Assembly: GCA_013239625.1 (NCBI GenBank)
Contig: MU053881.1
Span: 12,724,879 to 12,788,878 of the forward strand
Reading direction: 5' to 3'
Length of the DNA stretch: 64,000 bases
Origin: Lama guanicoe
Lineage: Eukaryota
Shown piece by piece: positions 38,163 to 50,610 of this stretch. A program made the translations under genes and the position numbers. The notes below the pieces were generated by a model that was not told where the DNA came from, made no database searches, and saw only the letters and a list, made by a program, of their open reading frames with translations. Within the stretch, counting starts at the first letter, position 1. Each line of letters starts with the position of its first letter.

Positions 38163-38784
38163 TCTTGTGTTACTATTTTAGTGACCTACTGATTTAGTTT
38201 ACTTTTAAAATGCTCATAAATTTTCTGGATAGTAAATGGCTGAACTTCTTTTCTAGGAGTTCTGTTTTGAAATTTGTCTTTTGTATCCCTCTGGAAATAA
38301 TCAGAACATTGAACTATATGCAGTTCATTCTAAATTTTCCATGATTCCTCAGACAATATCAGTAACATTAATCATGCTTGAAAAGCAGTTTTCCTGTGCT
38401 TGAAAAACCACTTAAAATTAAAAAAACAGCTTTTTTGTCACCTTTCCTTACTTCAGTTAATTTTTCTATTGGCGCTGTTCTTTCTAATTCTATTGCAGTT
38501 CACACGGACACAGAGTTGAACATTTCTACTTCCTTTGAGACTGAGGACTCATTAAATGCCTACCTTACCATTTTGGCAAAGTGAAGAGTTAAGGATATAA
38601 TAATATATAATTTCATGGACACATAGGAAACATGTTAGCTATTGTTATTTTGTCTTAATATAGTGGTTCTGTCTCCCTCTTGTTCTTACTTGGACTTTAA
38701 GTATTCCTGTTTGTAGTTGCTAAAATAGTTTGTTTTTGGTTTTTTGGGTTTTTTCATTTTGCAACAACAATTTGGGTATTTTTT

Positions 38785-39070
38785 TCTCAGTGCCTTGCTT
38801 GAGCTTGTTCTTGTTTGCCCCTGTTACCTGTGTCATCATACCTACAACTATATTCTGGAACATAGTAGAGAATAAGTATATTTTGAATGAATGAATGAAG
38901 GAAGGAAACATTTTGCATCTTACTTTAAAAAACTGGATTTACTAGTGAGACCTTTATATAATCGTATTAATTTAATTAGATGCTTTCTCCTCTTAGGTAT
39001 CATTTATCTAATGCCTAGAACAGAGTTGACGTATACTGTATGCTCAATATTTGTTGAAGCAATGAATTAA
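38785..39070 (+). mobile_element. Two L2 3'-end remnants
   Basis: ctggaacatagtag..tttgaatgaatgaatgaa and atgcctagaacagag..tgctcaatatttgttgaa. Confidence 0.6.
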
Positions 39071-39449
39071 TATGTCATGACATTTTCAAAATTTTAGTTT
39101 TGAATAGTTTAGTTCAATCTATGAGCTTACCCTTAGAAAAGAATATGCATAAAATATTTCAACTTAAAAATTCCTATTTATTTTAAAACTGATGACTTTT
39201 ATACAGTAACAGAAAAAGAATGGATCTACTAGAGATATGACTCATACTGTGTATATAAATGTAAATATGATATATATGGTTTTTATTCCTCTTAGATCCT
39301 GTTTTTTTTTTTTAAGAAACCAGAGCTACATAATGTCGTGGGTGATGTCAAAAAGCAATCCAGTGAGTGAATTAGCCTTTTCATCCTTTACAAGTTATTT
39401 CATTAAAGATAGGAAATGTATTACATTTTAGTAAGCAGATATTTATTTC

Positions 39450-39690
39450 TGTGACTCTGGAGTCAAATACACCACCCCTCTTTAAATTCTAGCTTTGATA
39501 TTTACTTAGCTGTCTGACCTTGAGTAATTGACTTAATTTCTTTGTTTATTGATGTCCTATTTTTTAAAATGGGAATGATCTTAGCACAATCTTATTGGCT
39601 TGCTATGTGAATTAAATGAATTAATGGATATTATGTGCTAAAAGCAGTGCCTCATATATAATTAGCAATATGGAGTGTTTGCTAGGATGA
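39450..39690 (+). mobile_element. MIR SINE
   Basis: gactctggagtca..ttacttagctgtctgaccttgagtaattgacttaa..taaaatgggaatgat..gaattaaatgaattaat. Confidence 0.85.
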
Positions 39691-40269
39691 TTGCTAATGT
39701 TTGTTAATACTGTACACCAAATAATATACTAGATTCTAAATTCAGGAGATACTTGGCAAATATACATGACAAAATTGTATGCAAGAAGCACAAAGAACAC
39801 CATGTTTCAGTCAGCAAATATTCTTCTTCAGCTGACAAAAAGGCATGATTCTTTGGTGGTTCTGTTTTGTTTCTCATAAGTGTGAAAAATAAAAAATGAC
39901 AATTGTGCTGAGTCTAATGGGCTGTCATATGTTGGCTTCTATATATGCTTAAAAGACTTGAATGTTAATGTTTGTCTAAAATTCAGATCTTTTTTTTTTT
40001 ACTAGAATTCTACATCTTTTCAAAACAATGTCAGATTTTTAGGAATTAGGAAACTACAGATAACTTTTTGTTACCATAACATTTGAGACGAGGAGATCAG
40101 ACCAGATACCTCCTAGACACTGAATGGTTTAGTGTATGTTTACTGTATTTTCTTAATACATTACATAAGAATTTTCCCTATGGTATCTGTGGTTTTGAAA
40201 TTTGTCTTTTATCCCTTTGAAACAACCAGAACATTGGTCTACGTGCAATACATTCCCACTTCTCTTATG

Positions 40270-41620
40270 TTATCACGATAAACTACCAAAATCAGAATGC
40301 TAACACAGATCCATTACTCTCATCTGATCCTCTAATCCTATTTGAGGTATACCAGTTGTCTTGATAATATCTTTTATAGCAAAAGAATCCGGTTCAGAAC
40401 CTTTCACTGCATTTAGTTGTCACGGATCTTTCCTCTCCTGAACTTCAGAATGATTTTTTTTTCAATTTTTTTCTTGACATTCAAGACCTTGACCCATTTA
40501 AAGATGAAGATGGTTCTTTTTCTCAAATGTCCTTCAATTTGTGTTTGTCTTTTGCTTACTCATGATTATATTAAATTCTGCATTTTGAGGAGGAATATTG
40601 CAGAAGTGATGGCTTGTCTTTCTCTGTGCATCCTGCCAGGTGGCTCGCAGTTTTGATGTGTGGTGTTACTAACGATGTTTGCTTTGATTCCTCAATTAAG
40701 CTGGTGTCTGCCAGTCACTGTTTTCTCTTTTGAAATGAATAAATATCTGTGGGATCATACTTTTTAACCATTACTCATCAAATTATGGACTCATGGTTCC
40801 CTATTTTTGTCAGTGCTTTATAATCTATTACTTTATTTATTTTGATACTCAGCTTTGCTCAACAAGAGCCCCTCCATGCTGTTCTTTATGCCTTTTTGAA
40901 ATGATCTAATAATCCTGTGACTACATGTTTGCTTTTAGGTGTAAAAAAAAGTATGTCTCTGGCTCATTCTACTTTCCCTGCCACAGCTCTGGAAGCAGTC
41001 ATTTCTATAAAAAGTCCTGCTTCCTTTTGTTGAAGAATGATATTTAGTTACCGAGAGGTGGGCATTAGGTGTGTTTATTTCTGGGGTACCATTGGCCCTA
41101 GACCATCTCTGTGAACACAATGTGTATATGCACACATAGGTGTATACACATTTGCTTTTATGTTTATTGCTGTATCTAGCTATACATGTTGGAAGCCATG
41201 AATTCACACTATACTGTCAATTTCACTTCCCCATCACATGGGTCATAATAGAATTCTCCTTTTGCATTTTTGTAACTCTGTTTTCTGACACTAGAAAGAC
41301 TGGCTTGCTCTATCCTTATTTTTTACTTATTTGACAAACACCTTCTATGCAGCCCATCTTCTGTGGCCATTGCCACCCCTACTGTGTGCTGATGCCCCCT
41401 TCACTCTGCTCAGCTCTGACTCCCTGCTCCTGGATGCCTGCTCACACTGTGTAGACACCCTTCTCACCCTGCGTGGGCTCCCACCAACCCTGCGTGGGCT
41501 CCCACCATCCCTCATGGGAATGCCTTCCTTTCCTTACACTCAAGTGGTACCCAAAGCTCCTGACTGCATCTCCCTTCCCTCCCCCACCCTGTGGAAGACC
41601 TTCCCATACTATGTGATCCT
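40270..41620 (-). mobile_element. Old L1M (L1MC/ME-like) 3' region
   Basis: tgcatttagttgtca, agaagtgatggc..gcatcctgccaggtggc, agctctggaagcagtcatttct..gaagaatgatatttag, C-rich ctcaccctg..gggctc repeats. Confidence 0.7.
41466..41507 (+). repeat. Perfect 21-bp tandem duplication
   Basis: accctgcgtgggctcccacca x2. Confidence 0.95.
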
Positions 41621-42734
41621 CCGTGGAGATGTCTCAGGCATCTCTCTAGACCAGCACATTCTTCCTTTCCCAGTGTGTGAATTCCTATCTTGCTTTGCTG
41701 TACTTAATGGATTTAAGAATTAATTATTAAGGAAGTTAAGGAAATGGAAAGGAAGGCAATGGAAAAGATGGAAAGGGAAGGGAATGAACAAGTCAGCTTA
41801 TAATTAGAAATACAAAATTAATGAATCCTTTCAGAAGGATACAAAAGAAACCTTGCTTGTGGCTGCCAATGAAAGTGGAATTAGTCTTTAATATAAGCCT
41901 GGAGATTTGGGGAGACTTTATTCTGCATGAACTGATATGCAATTTTTAATAGTTTAGATCTATAGCAAGAGGGCTTTTTCTTGCCGCTTAAATTTTTTTT
42001 TCATATTTCAGTGTTTGTTGCTTATAGAATCCTCTAAGATGCAATTTTCTGTCTGGGCATGGACATTCAAGCCCTCACCACCACCCTCTCCCAACAACAA
42101 GTGGCAGTGCCAGGGATCTTGTCACCCTATGTGCTGCCTCTTAACCAATAAAGACACAGGAAAGTGTCTGAAATAAAAGTGAAAGTGAATTCCACATAGT
42201 AAGTGCACATAAAACATACTAGGCACCTGGAAAGAAACTATTTTGATATAAAAGAGAGAGTTTTGGCAATAATTTTTAGTGACTCTGAGTATCTTGGTTC
42301 TTAATAGTGTTGGTGGGTTTACTGGCATGCATACAACTCCCACTCCTCTGTTCTTAATTCTGCCTTCTTTGATGAATTTTGTCATAGAGCAAAAGAGCTA
42401 GTTAGGTCAGTATCTGCAGTGTCCTGGTGTGTCTTTTGGCGGTCTCAGTATCAGGTGCATGTAGCTCAGTATGGAAAAAGGAAACTTCAAATAGGAATCA
42501 GAGGATTAGGCCTGCCCCTTGCTCTGGGTGGTCTGGGGCAAGCATCTCACCTTCCAGTCATAATTCTCCTTACTTATAAAGCGAAACAGGCAAATAATCT
42601 TTGAGGCCTCATAGAGAACTAGGATTATATTAATAAATAAGTATACAGTGTAGTAATTTCATAAATATTTATTGCATGGCATTGCTTCTTTAATCAATAT
42701 ATTTTATTGCTTGTTTGATTCTGTTTATGTGAGA

Positions 42735-42950
42735 GAAATAGAAAATAGATAACTGGTTTTCAGGCACTGCAGGGAGGGGACAAAGGGAATAACTGGTTGT
42801 GGGTATGGGTTTCTTTTGTGGAAAATGGTAGTATTCTGAAATTAGACAGTGGTAATGGTTATACAACTCTGTAAAATATACTAAAAACCCAAAGTTGTAA
42901 ACTTTAAAAGAGTGAAATTTGTAATACCTGAAGTACATTTCAGTAAATGC
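42735..42950 (+). mobile_element. L1MB-like 3' end
   Basis: tgggtatgggtttcttttg..tattctgaaattagacagtggtaatggttatacaactctgtaaaatatactaaaaacc..actttaaaagagtgaa. Confidence 0.85.
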
Positions 42951-43734
42951 ATTCTGTCATGGGAAAGTTGTGGTAGAAAATGACAGAGAGTGGGAACTAA
43001 AACCAGTTAACATATACATATAGGAAAGCATCTTTCATACATTAGAAATACATGGGTTGAACCAATATATGTTGGTTACTAAAAAAAAAAAAAAAAGAAA
43101 AAGTAACCACTATTGGAATTGAGCCAGTTATAAGACTTCTGAAATTTTGCAGAAGATACAATCAAGGGAAATGCAGTTCACATGGCCAAAAGGACCAGCG
43201 AGGGCAAGAGACATCAGTATCAGCTGTAACAGTGAACGTCAGAAAGAGCCTAGATGTTGGACCCTAGACACTTGATTAGATAAAATGTGATACATGGAGC
43301 GCTGGAATGCTAAGCGTCCTTAGAGACAGGGAACTGTGACATTGACCTAGGAGAAAAACCCATGACTATAAATATATTCTGATTAAAAAAAATAAACTGG
43401 ATGAAAATTAGCACTTGTAATATAGCCACAATTTAACTTTTTTCAAGTATGAAAATACACATAAAATGAAAATGTTAGGATTGTTTTCCTTTAAAATGTT
43501 GATATGTTAGTTTTCTTTCTTTCCAGTGTGGTGAGATTATGTATCCTTTTTAAAATATATGGACATACATATTTTCCAAGTGACAAATAGGTTTTATGCT
43601 TAGAGAGATAAAAGTAAATGTTTCTTGGGAAAAAATGGGATTCAGATAGTGAGATATGGATAGTAGTAACTAACTGAAATGCTTCATTTATCAACATGCA
43701 TTAAAAGTAACCTTGCCATTTCTCTTTAGAGATA

Positions 43735-43884
43735 CTCAGTATTGTTGGCCTCACTGCTAACTGCCAGAATCACAGTCACTAATGACTGTGACAGTCAAAA
43801 ATGTTCCCCTCACCCCCACATTTCTGATGATGCCCTGGGAGAGGGACAGTGGGATAGTACCATTCCTGTTTGAAAACAACTGGT
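43735..43884. mobile_element. hAT-Charlie MER20/MER3-like half element
   Basis: tgtgacagtcaaaaatg..acatttc..gccctggg..cctgtttgaaaacaactg terminal motif. Confidence 0.6.
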
Positions 43885-43899
43885 TTAGGTCGACATATG

Positions 43900-45000
43900 T
43901 CTTCATGGGTGATTTTACTCTCATTTTCCTTCTTAGATCATAAGACTTTCTTTTGAGGTCATTTCCTTTTTTTTTTAAAGTATATTAATAGAATTTTCTG
44001 TAGTTAAGTTTTATAAGGTGGTAAAATTAATCACTTTTTTTGTTTATCCAAAAATACATTTATTTCACCCTTGTCCTTGGGAGCTCGTTTTGCTGGAAAT
44101 ATAGTTTTAGGATGACTTCTTCCTTCTCCCAGCTGTTTGAACATATTATGTTATTGTATTCATTGTTTTCAGTTTTGCTGTTAAAAGATCTGATATTACT
44201 GTTTTTGCTCCCACTCAAGGAATCCTTTTTTCTGCTTCTGTTTAATATCTTTTTTTGTCCTCTTTAGTGTCACTATAGTGGCTCTAATTTGGGTTCTCGT
44301 TTAATTTATAGTATTCAGTATATAATTTACTTTTATGTCCTTCCTCATCTGAAAAATTCCTAGCCGTTATTCGTTTAATTTATTTCCCCTCCACCCTCTC
44401 TGTTCTTTCTTGATGGAACACTAATTGTATATGTTCAACCTTATTCTATATATTCTCTTTCTTAAAAAAAATTTCTCTTTTATTATTTCTTAATTCTTTT
44501 TTGGGGGGAGAGGTGGAAGATAATTGGGTTTATTTTTTAATGAAGGGACTGGGGATTGAACCCACGACCTTGTGCATGCTGAGCATGTTCTCTACCACTG
44601 AGCTACACCCTCCCCCACATTCTATATATTCCCTTAATAACTCATATTTCTCATCTTGTCTCTCTGTGCTTTACTTTGAACAATTTATTTAGATGCATAT
44701 TTTGGCAATTATTTTCTCTTTAGTTGATTTCTAGTCTACTCTTTAATCTGTCCGCTGAGATTTTTTGTTTCAATAATTATATTTTTAAGTGATAGAAAAC
44801 GTCTTTGAATTTTTTTTTAGCTATGGCTGTTCATTCTTAATCGTCTTCTATTGCTTGTTATTCCATCCCCTCAATACGTATTTCTGTGTTAGTGCTTATA
44901 CATTCAGTTTGGTGTCAGTCTCATGCAGAGACTTTTGTTTCCTTGTACATTATTTTTTAATGTTAGTTTACATGCTGAGTTGAATCCGTGAGAATCCCAA
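43900..45000 (-). mobile_element. Degenerate L1M remnant
   Basis: T-rich strand with tttatttcacccttgtccttg..ttttgctggaaatatag, aaaattcctagccgttatt, ctctgtgctttactttg. Confidence 0.55.
44460..44616 (-). mobile_element. tRNA-derived SINE (camelid-type)
   Basis: Minus strand GGGGGAGGGTGTAGCTCAGTGGTAGAGAACATGCTCAGCATGCACAAGGTCGTGGGTTCAATCCCCAG with A and B boxes, A-rich tail, 17-bp TSD attctatatattc(t/c)ctt at 44443-44459 and 44619-44635. Confidence 0.92.
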
Positions 45001-46689
45001 GTGTCTAAATTAGGAACAATTTTTATTGTTGGGATTTGTAATTGTTCTTTTGGTTGTCAGGAACTACTAACACCCTGGGACCCCTGCAGTTCTCTTAAGG
45101 GGAGTCTCTGGTTCTGCATTCTTCTGTTGTGCAACTTAAGGCTTCGTCTTCTTATCTTTGTCCTGGCGTTGGCATTGCCTCGCACTTGGCTCTTGGATTA
45201 TTCATGGCTCACAGGTATCAGCTTTCTCTTCCTGTGTTCCCCTCCCTGCGTTGGAAATGCGTTCCGTTTCTTCAAGGATCTAGTTATACGTTAGTTACAA
45301 ACCACTTCAGGGAATCTAATCCATCAAGATACCGAAAGCAGAAAGCCCCCTCATACCTTTATGACTGGAGAGCTTTGTATTTATCCTCCACATTACAAGT
45401 TAAATTTTTTTTCATGTTAAGTTTTCTTCTTTCTGCTTGAAATCTAGATTCTAAATCTGTTGTGGTATAGTTCACTTTTCTAATTAGTCCTTTTGTCGTC
45501 CATGTCTCTGTTTACATACTTGAATTCAGGATAAGTTTTTTTCTTTTGTGAACATACTGCTGCTTAAGAAGATTCATATCATTTCCCATAAGTCAAATAT
45601 CTTGCAAATATGATTATGAGAGGACTAAGACTTCTTTCTTCTAACCACACCCAGTTAGTTTATGTGTTCTTATTCTGCTGTGATTTTTAAAAGATTGTGT
45701 TTATTTTTCCCAAGTGACTTTTGAAGAAAGTAAGTACTAAAGAAGTGTAATTCTAATACCTGAAACATGTAGAATTAATGAGAGAAAGTGGGGATTAGTC
45801 GGGGTGCAGTGATGCTTTACTTAGATTTATTTAGGTGAGGGCGGCACTACTGATTCGAATAGGTGTCCTTAAGTATTATTTATGAGAAGAAAGCAAGTGC
45901 TGGAAAGGTCAAAATTAAACGGTTAAGTTGATTATAATATCACCTGCATATGGAGGAGTCCACTTTATCCTGAGATGAAATTGCTCTGAAATATTTAAAG
46001 CAAAGTATCTACTCAAATGAATTTGCTTCCATCACGTCTCTCTCCTAGCTGAGAGAATAACTGTTAGTCTCTGAGTGTTTTGCTTCTAATCTGAATCTTT
46101 TATACATAAAAATAATTAAACAGCCTGCTTAGATTGCATCCTTGCCTTTAGCTATGACTTCCCAAGGGTATATCTAAATGCCATTGGAAGGCTTAGCTCT
46201 CTTTGGATTGAAGGTAAAAATAGGTTTTCACTTGGGGAAAAAAAGAGGTGGCTAGAGTTTAGAAAGGAGAGAGAAAAATCTTAACTGTTAGGACTTGATT
46301 ATCAAATCCTGGAAACATCCTCTGAAGTGTGAAGGAGGTGGTTTTAAGAGAAGCAATTAGAGATCGTGTTTCATGCAGCAGATAGCGGATTCCCTGACTT
46401 AATTTGTACCCAAGTCATTTTCCTCTGTTAGACCTTGTGGGCAGGGATCGGTTCCTACACCTCGGGTCATACACGTCTGCCGAAGTATGGAAGGTGTCAG
46501 TCTGTGTTCTTAGAGCTGAGTTGAATTGGAACTGGCTTTCCCAGAAGGCTAACTGGGTAAAATGAAGAATTTAGAGGTTTTCAAAAAAGGGGTAATTATG
46601 GTATCTCCCTACTAGAAGGCTAAATGAGAGCTAGGGGCTGCTTGTTTTTAGAGTCCTATGCTGATCAAACTTTGCGTAGTCATCTCTTG

Positions 46690-47385
46690 ACTATTTATTA
46701 AAGTAGCATGCTAATTGATTCCAGTTTTGATCTACCACAATTCATTTTACACAGAGCAGCCCGAGTAGTGGTATTAAAACAAAAATCAAATTATCCCCAG
46801 TGTCAAACCCCTTCAGTGCTTTCTCTTACCACGACCTGCGGGCCCCTGCACTGCCTTCCCCTGCGGTCACAGCTGATGCCACCCTGGCTCTCCCTCTGGA
46901 ATTATGCCCCCTGCCACACTGGTCCTCTCTGTTCACCGAACAGCTCCTTTGGACCTGCTTTTCCTTCTTTCTGTCAATCTCTCTTCTGAACTTTTCAGCT
47001 GTTAACAATAGAATAAATGTCAGTCATTTACCTCCTTCCGTCTCCGATTCAAATGTCATCTCAGAGAGACGTTTCCTCATCGAAAGGAGACCAAACCCAG
47101 GTTCTTTCTATACATCACCCTGACTAATTTGCTTTTTAACATTTGTCACAAGTTTAATATTCTTGGTATTATTACATTTTCCTTGTTTTTTAAAAATTTA
47201 TTAATGTGTTTTTAATTGAAGTATAGTCCATTTTACTTGGGTTTTTTTTTTTTGTCTCTTGAAACCAATGTCCCAGTGAGAGAAGCTTTACTCTTGTTCT
47301 TTTGTGTACCTCCAGTACTTACTAAATTTGCCAGAATATAGTAGGCACTCATTAAAAGTTTGCAGAAGGCCTGAATAGATGAATA
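46690..47385 (+). mobile_element. L2 LINE remnant
   Basis: ttttacacagagcagcccgagt..aaaacaaaaatca, gccacactggtcctctc, tcaaatgtcatctcagagag, atatagtaggcactcattaaaagtttg. Confidence 0.8.
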
Positions 47386-47644
47386 ATGTGTGTAACTCTA
47401 AATTCTTAAGTTTAATGTCATAGGGAGTTTCCCCCTGGGTTATAACTACGTGTGATGCCTTTAACCATCCCACTGACGCTGCTCGTTAGCAGAGTTATGG
47501 ATCCTCTTTGTATAGTCGTGAAGTCAGAGACAGATTGTAAAACACACACGTGACTAAATGGGACACGATGTGATGATAAATGCTAAGTAATGTGGAATTT
47601 AGGGCCAAAAGGACCTTTTTGCTATGGAATATCCTTGCTTCTAT

Positions 47645-49190
47645 GCCCTCTCAGAAGATAGAGCTAAGAAATAGATGTGTGTATACTAACTGGTGTGTGC
47701 ACACATAACAGCGGTTATATGTATATTTATATAATTATTGATAATCTAATATTCATCTGTGCCAATGTTAAGCTAAATATGTATTCATTCTGATGTCTCT
47801 GACTTTTATCCAGTACTACAGGGATTACTCTAGTCTTCCTCCTTTGCTTATCTGTAACCTTTCACTCCAGCAGTGAGAACCCTGGCCCCTACCATCTGTC
47901 TTCCATTTGCTAATTCTTTAATTCCAGTACACGTGTACTATGATTTTAGAATTGTTAATCCGTATGCCTGTGGGAAACCACTTCACCAACTACAGTGCAT
48001 TACAGTGCTTACCTACAATTCCTTTTGTCTTTAGTCTAACATTGTTTCCAGTGTTACTTGGGCAGCACTCTTCATCCCACCTACTTCATGTGTTGTGTAT
48101 ACATTTTTACATTGTTAGATACTTTTGCCAGTGTCTGTGTTGCAACTTGGGCTCCTCAGTCTCCTAAAAATCCTAACCGATTTTTTAATTGCATTGTTAA
48201 GGTTCATTCTTTGTGCTCTAAGACTCTTTGAGTATTACAAATGCATAGCATCACGTGTCCAACACTACATTGCTATACAGAATAATTTCACAGCCCTAAA
48301 AAATCCCCTGTGCTTCACCCGATATTCAGGCGCCCACCAACTACACCATTGTTACAGTTCTGTCTTTTCCAAAATGCTCATTTACAAATGGAAATGTATG
48401 GAATGTAGCCCTTTCAGACTGGCTTCTTTCACTTAGCAGTGCGTATGCAGGATTCCTCGTTGTCTTTGCCATGGTTGAATAGCTCATTCCATATTGTTGC
48501 TGAATAGCACTCCATTGTATCAACACATCAAGTTTGTCTGTCCTTTCACCTGTTGAAGGACGTCTTGGTTGCTTCCTATTTTTGATGATAATGCTCTAAA
48601 CACTCTTATGAAGGTTTTGCGTGGACATAAATTTCAACTCTTTTGGGTAAATACCTAAAAGCATGATTGCTAGGTTGTATGGTAAGGCTTTATTTAGCTT
48701 TAGAGAGATTGCTACACTTCAGAAGTGGCTGTAGCGTTTTCATTCTCACCAGGAAAGAATAAGAGTTTCTCTTGCTCTGTGCGCATTGGTAGTGTTAGTG
48801 TTTGGGATTTTTGTTATTATAATATGTGTGTTGTGGTATCCAATTACTGTTTTACTTTGCACTTTCCTAAAGACAAATATATCAGATTTTTTTTCATGTT
48901 ATTTACTATCTATCTATCTTCTTTGGGGAGCTTTCTGTTCAGAAATTTTGGCTATTTTTAAAATTTTCTTGGCTATTTTAAAATTTGTTTTGTGATTGAG
49001 TTTTAGGCCTTTTATCAGATATTTGATTTTCAAATACTTTCTCTCAGTCTGTGACATGTCTTTATATTCCTTCACATAATAGTTTTTAATTTTAATGAAT
49101 CCATTTTATCAAATACTTCGCAGAAATTTTTCCTTGGTTCTGTACCTAAGAATGCATTGCTAAACCTGAGGTCACACAGATTTCCTCCTG
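47645..49190 (-). mobile_element. L1MC/MD-like old L1 3' region
   Basis: cctttgcttatctgtaacc..cagtgagaaccctggc, tagccctttcagactggcttctttcacttagca, ttttgggtaaataccta..gattgctaggttgtatggtaag. Confidence 0.85.
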
Positions 49191-50299
49191 ATGGTTATTT
49201 TTAAGAGTGCAAATAATTTTTAGTGCAGGAAGCTCCTATGATAACTATAATACATGATTTTTTCTAATTCTCACTCAAGTCTCTATATTTTATTAATAAG
49301 AAAAATGATGACTTTTACTTTTGTACCAGAGATGGTCATGAAATACTGTTTCTATAATGTACAGAAATAAAGTCAAAGGCATTTAAAGGGCATTTGTAAA
49401 TTATTTCCAGTTGCAACACTAGCCAATTAAGGATTGATTTTCTTTCATTATTATTAGACCTGCACAGGTAACAGGTCAATTCCTCCTCCATTGTATGTAG
49501 ATAATTCCCACTATCACTAAGTGGAATTTTATGTGTAAGAAGACAGGAAACTATTTAAACTTTATAGGGAAAACTATTGCCGGCTGTTTAGTAGGCCAAA
49601 TTCTCTCAACCAGTAGATGTCATTCTCTCTCTGTTTTAATGTGAATTTCTAATCATTGCCTTTAGTTATCTGTTTTGACGACAGGTTATGAAAACCAATT
49701 TCATTTCAGTCTGCAGTCCTCTTGATTGCAATTCCACCTTGGTACCTTCTCCCTTTCATAATAGGAAAAGTGCCAGAGTGTGAAATTAGGGCGGTTTGGT
49801 GGAAGTGACAGTAGATAAGCTTATGTCTTTACGTCATTTAGCTGTTGGTGTGGAATATTTGCCTACTTACTCATTCAATTCACAGGAAAACATTGATTAA
49901 CCCGAAATGGAGAGACACTCTGTTCTCATCTGTCTTTCAGAGTAAGGCATTGCATGATATTTTGGGGGGTAAAGATAAGCAGGAAAAAGCTATTTATAGC
50001 TTTGGCAAGGTTCAAAAAGAAAAAGCAATTGGTCTGGACATGCAGGGATCAAGTTTCCTTTGCATGTTACGCAGCCCTTTAGATGCAGACAGCTGTAGAT
50101 GTCATCTTTCCCTTGAGATGACCATGGGTCACCAAGTCCCAATTAATTGCCCCTCCTTCATGCTTTCATCACACTCTGTAACTACTACAATGGTGCATTT
50201 ATATTCCTGCGGTACCTAAATCTGTTTACTAGACTCATTTAAGAATAAATGTTTGGAAGGTAGGGATACCACCCCGCATTAGCTCACATTAAGTTAATT

Positions 50300-50610
50300 A
50301 GTACATATTTATGGACATCTGATTGTCTTAAGCACGTTTTAGGCAAACGGAACACAACGGTGAATGCCACAGTGATTGCTTGTAGGACACGGAGGGGCAG
50401 GGACAGTCCAGACAAGAAAATAGCCAATAACTGTCCGAGATAAAAATGTTACAAAAGAACTAAATAGAGAGCATTACGGAAGCATGTGGAAAGAGCATCT
50501 TTCAGCCTTGGGGAACCAAGATAGGTTTTCCAGAAAATAGGACACCTAAGCAGAGTTCTTAAGTGTTGATAAGAAACATTGAGGAGGAACGGGCTGGGGT
50601 GGGAGAGCAA
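50300..50610 (-). mobile_element. L2 remnant
   Basis: acattttatggacatctgattgt..ttttaggc..acacaacggtgaa..ggaagcatgtggaaagagcatc. Confidence 0.55.

Noticed and set aside
41331..41723. 130-aa ORF with a repeated TLRGLPP
   Set aside because: The repeat comes from a 21-bp DNA duplication in a C-rich old L1 remnant; non-ATG start and no homology
44545..44616. tRNA-like sequence
   Set aside because: It is the head of a SINE with tail and TSD; no proper acceptor stem, so not a tRNA gene
48948..48986. ttggctatttt(t)aaaattt duplicated
   Set aside because: Short AT-rich slippage duplication inside an old L1; unremarkable
49845..50219. 124-aa ORF
   Set aside because: Non-ATG start and no recognisable homology; length is within chance expectation for 64 kb
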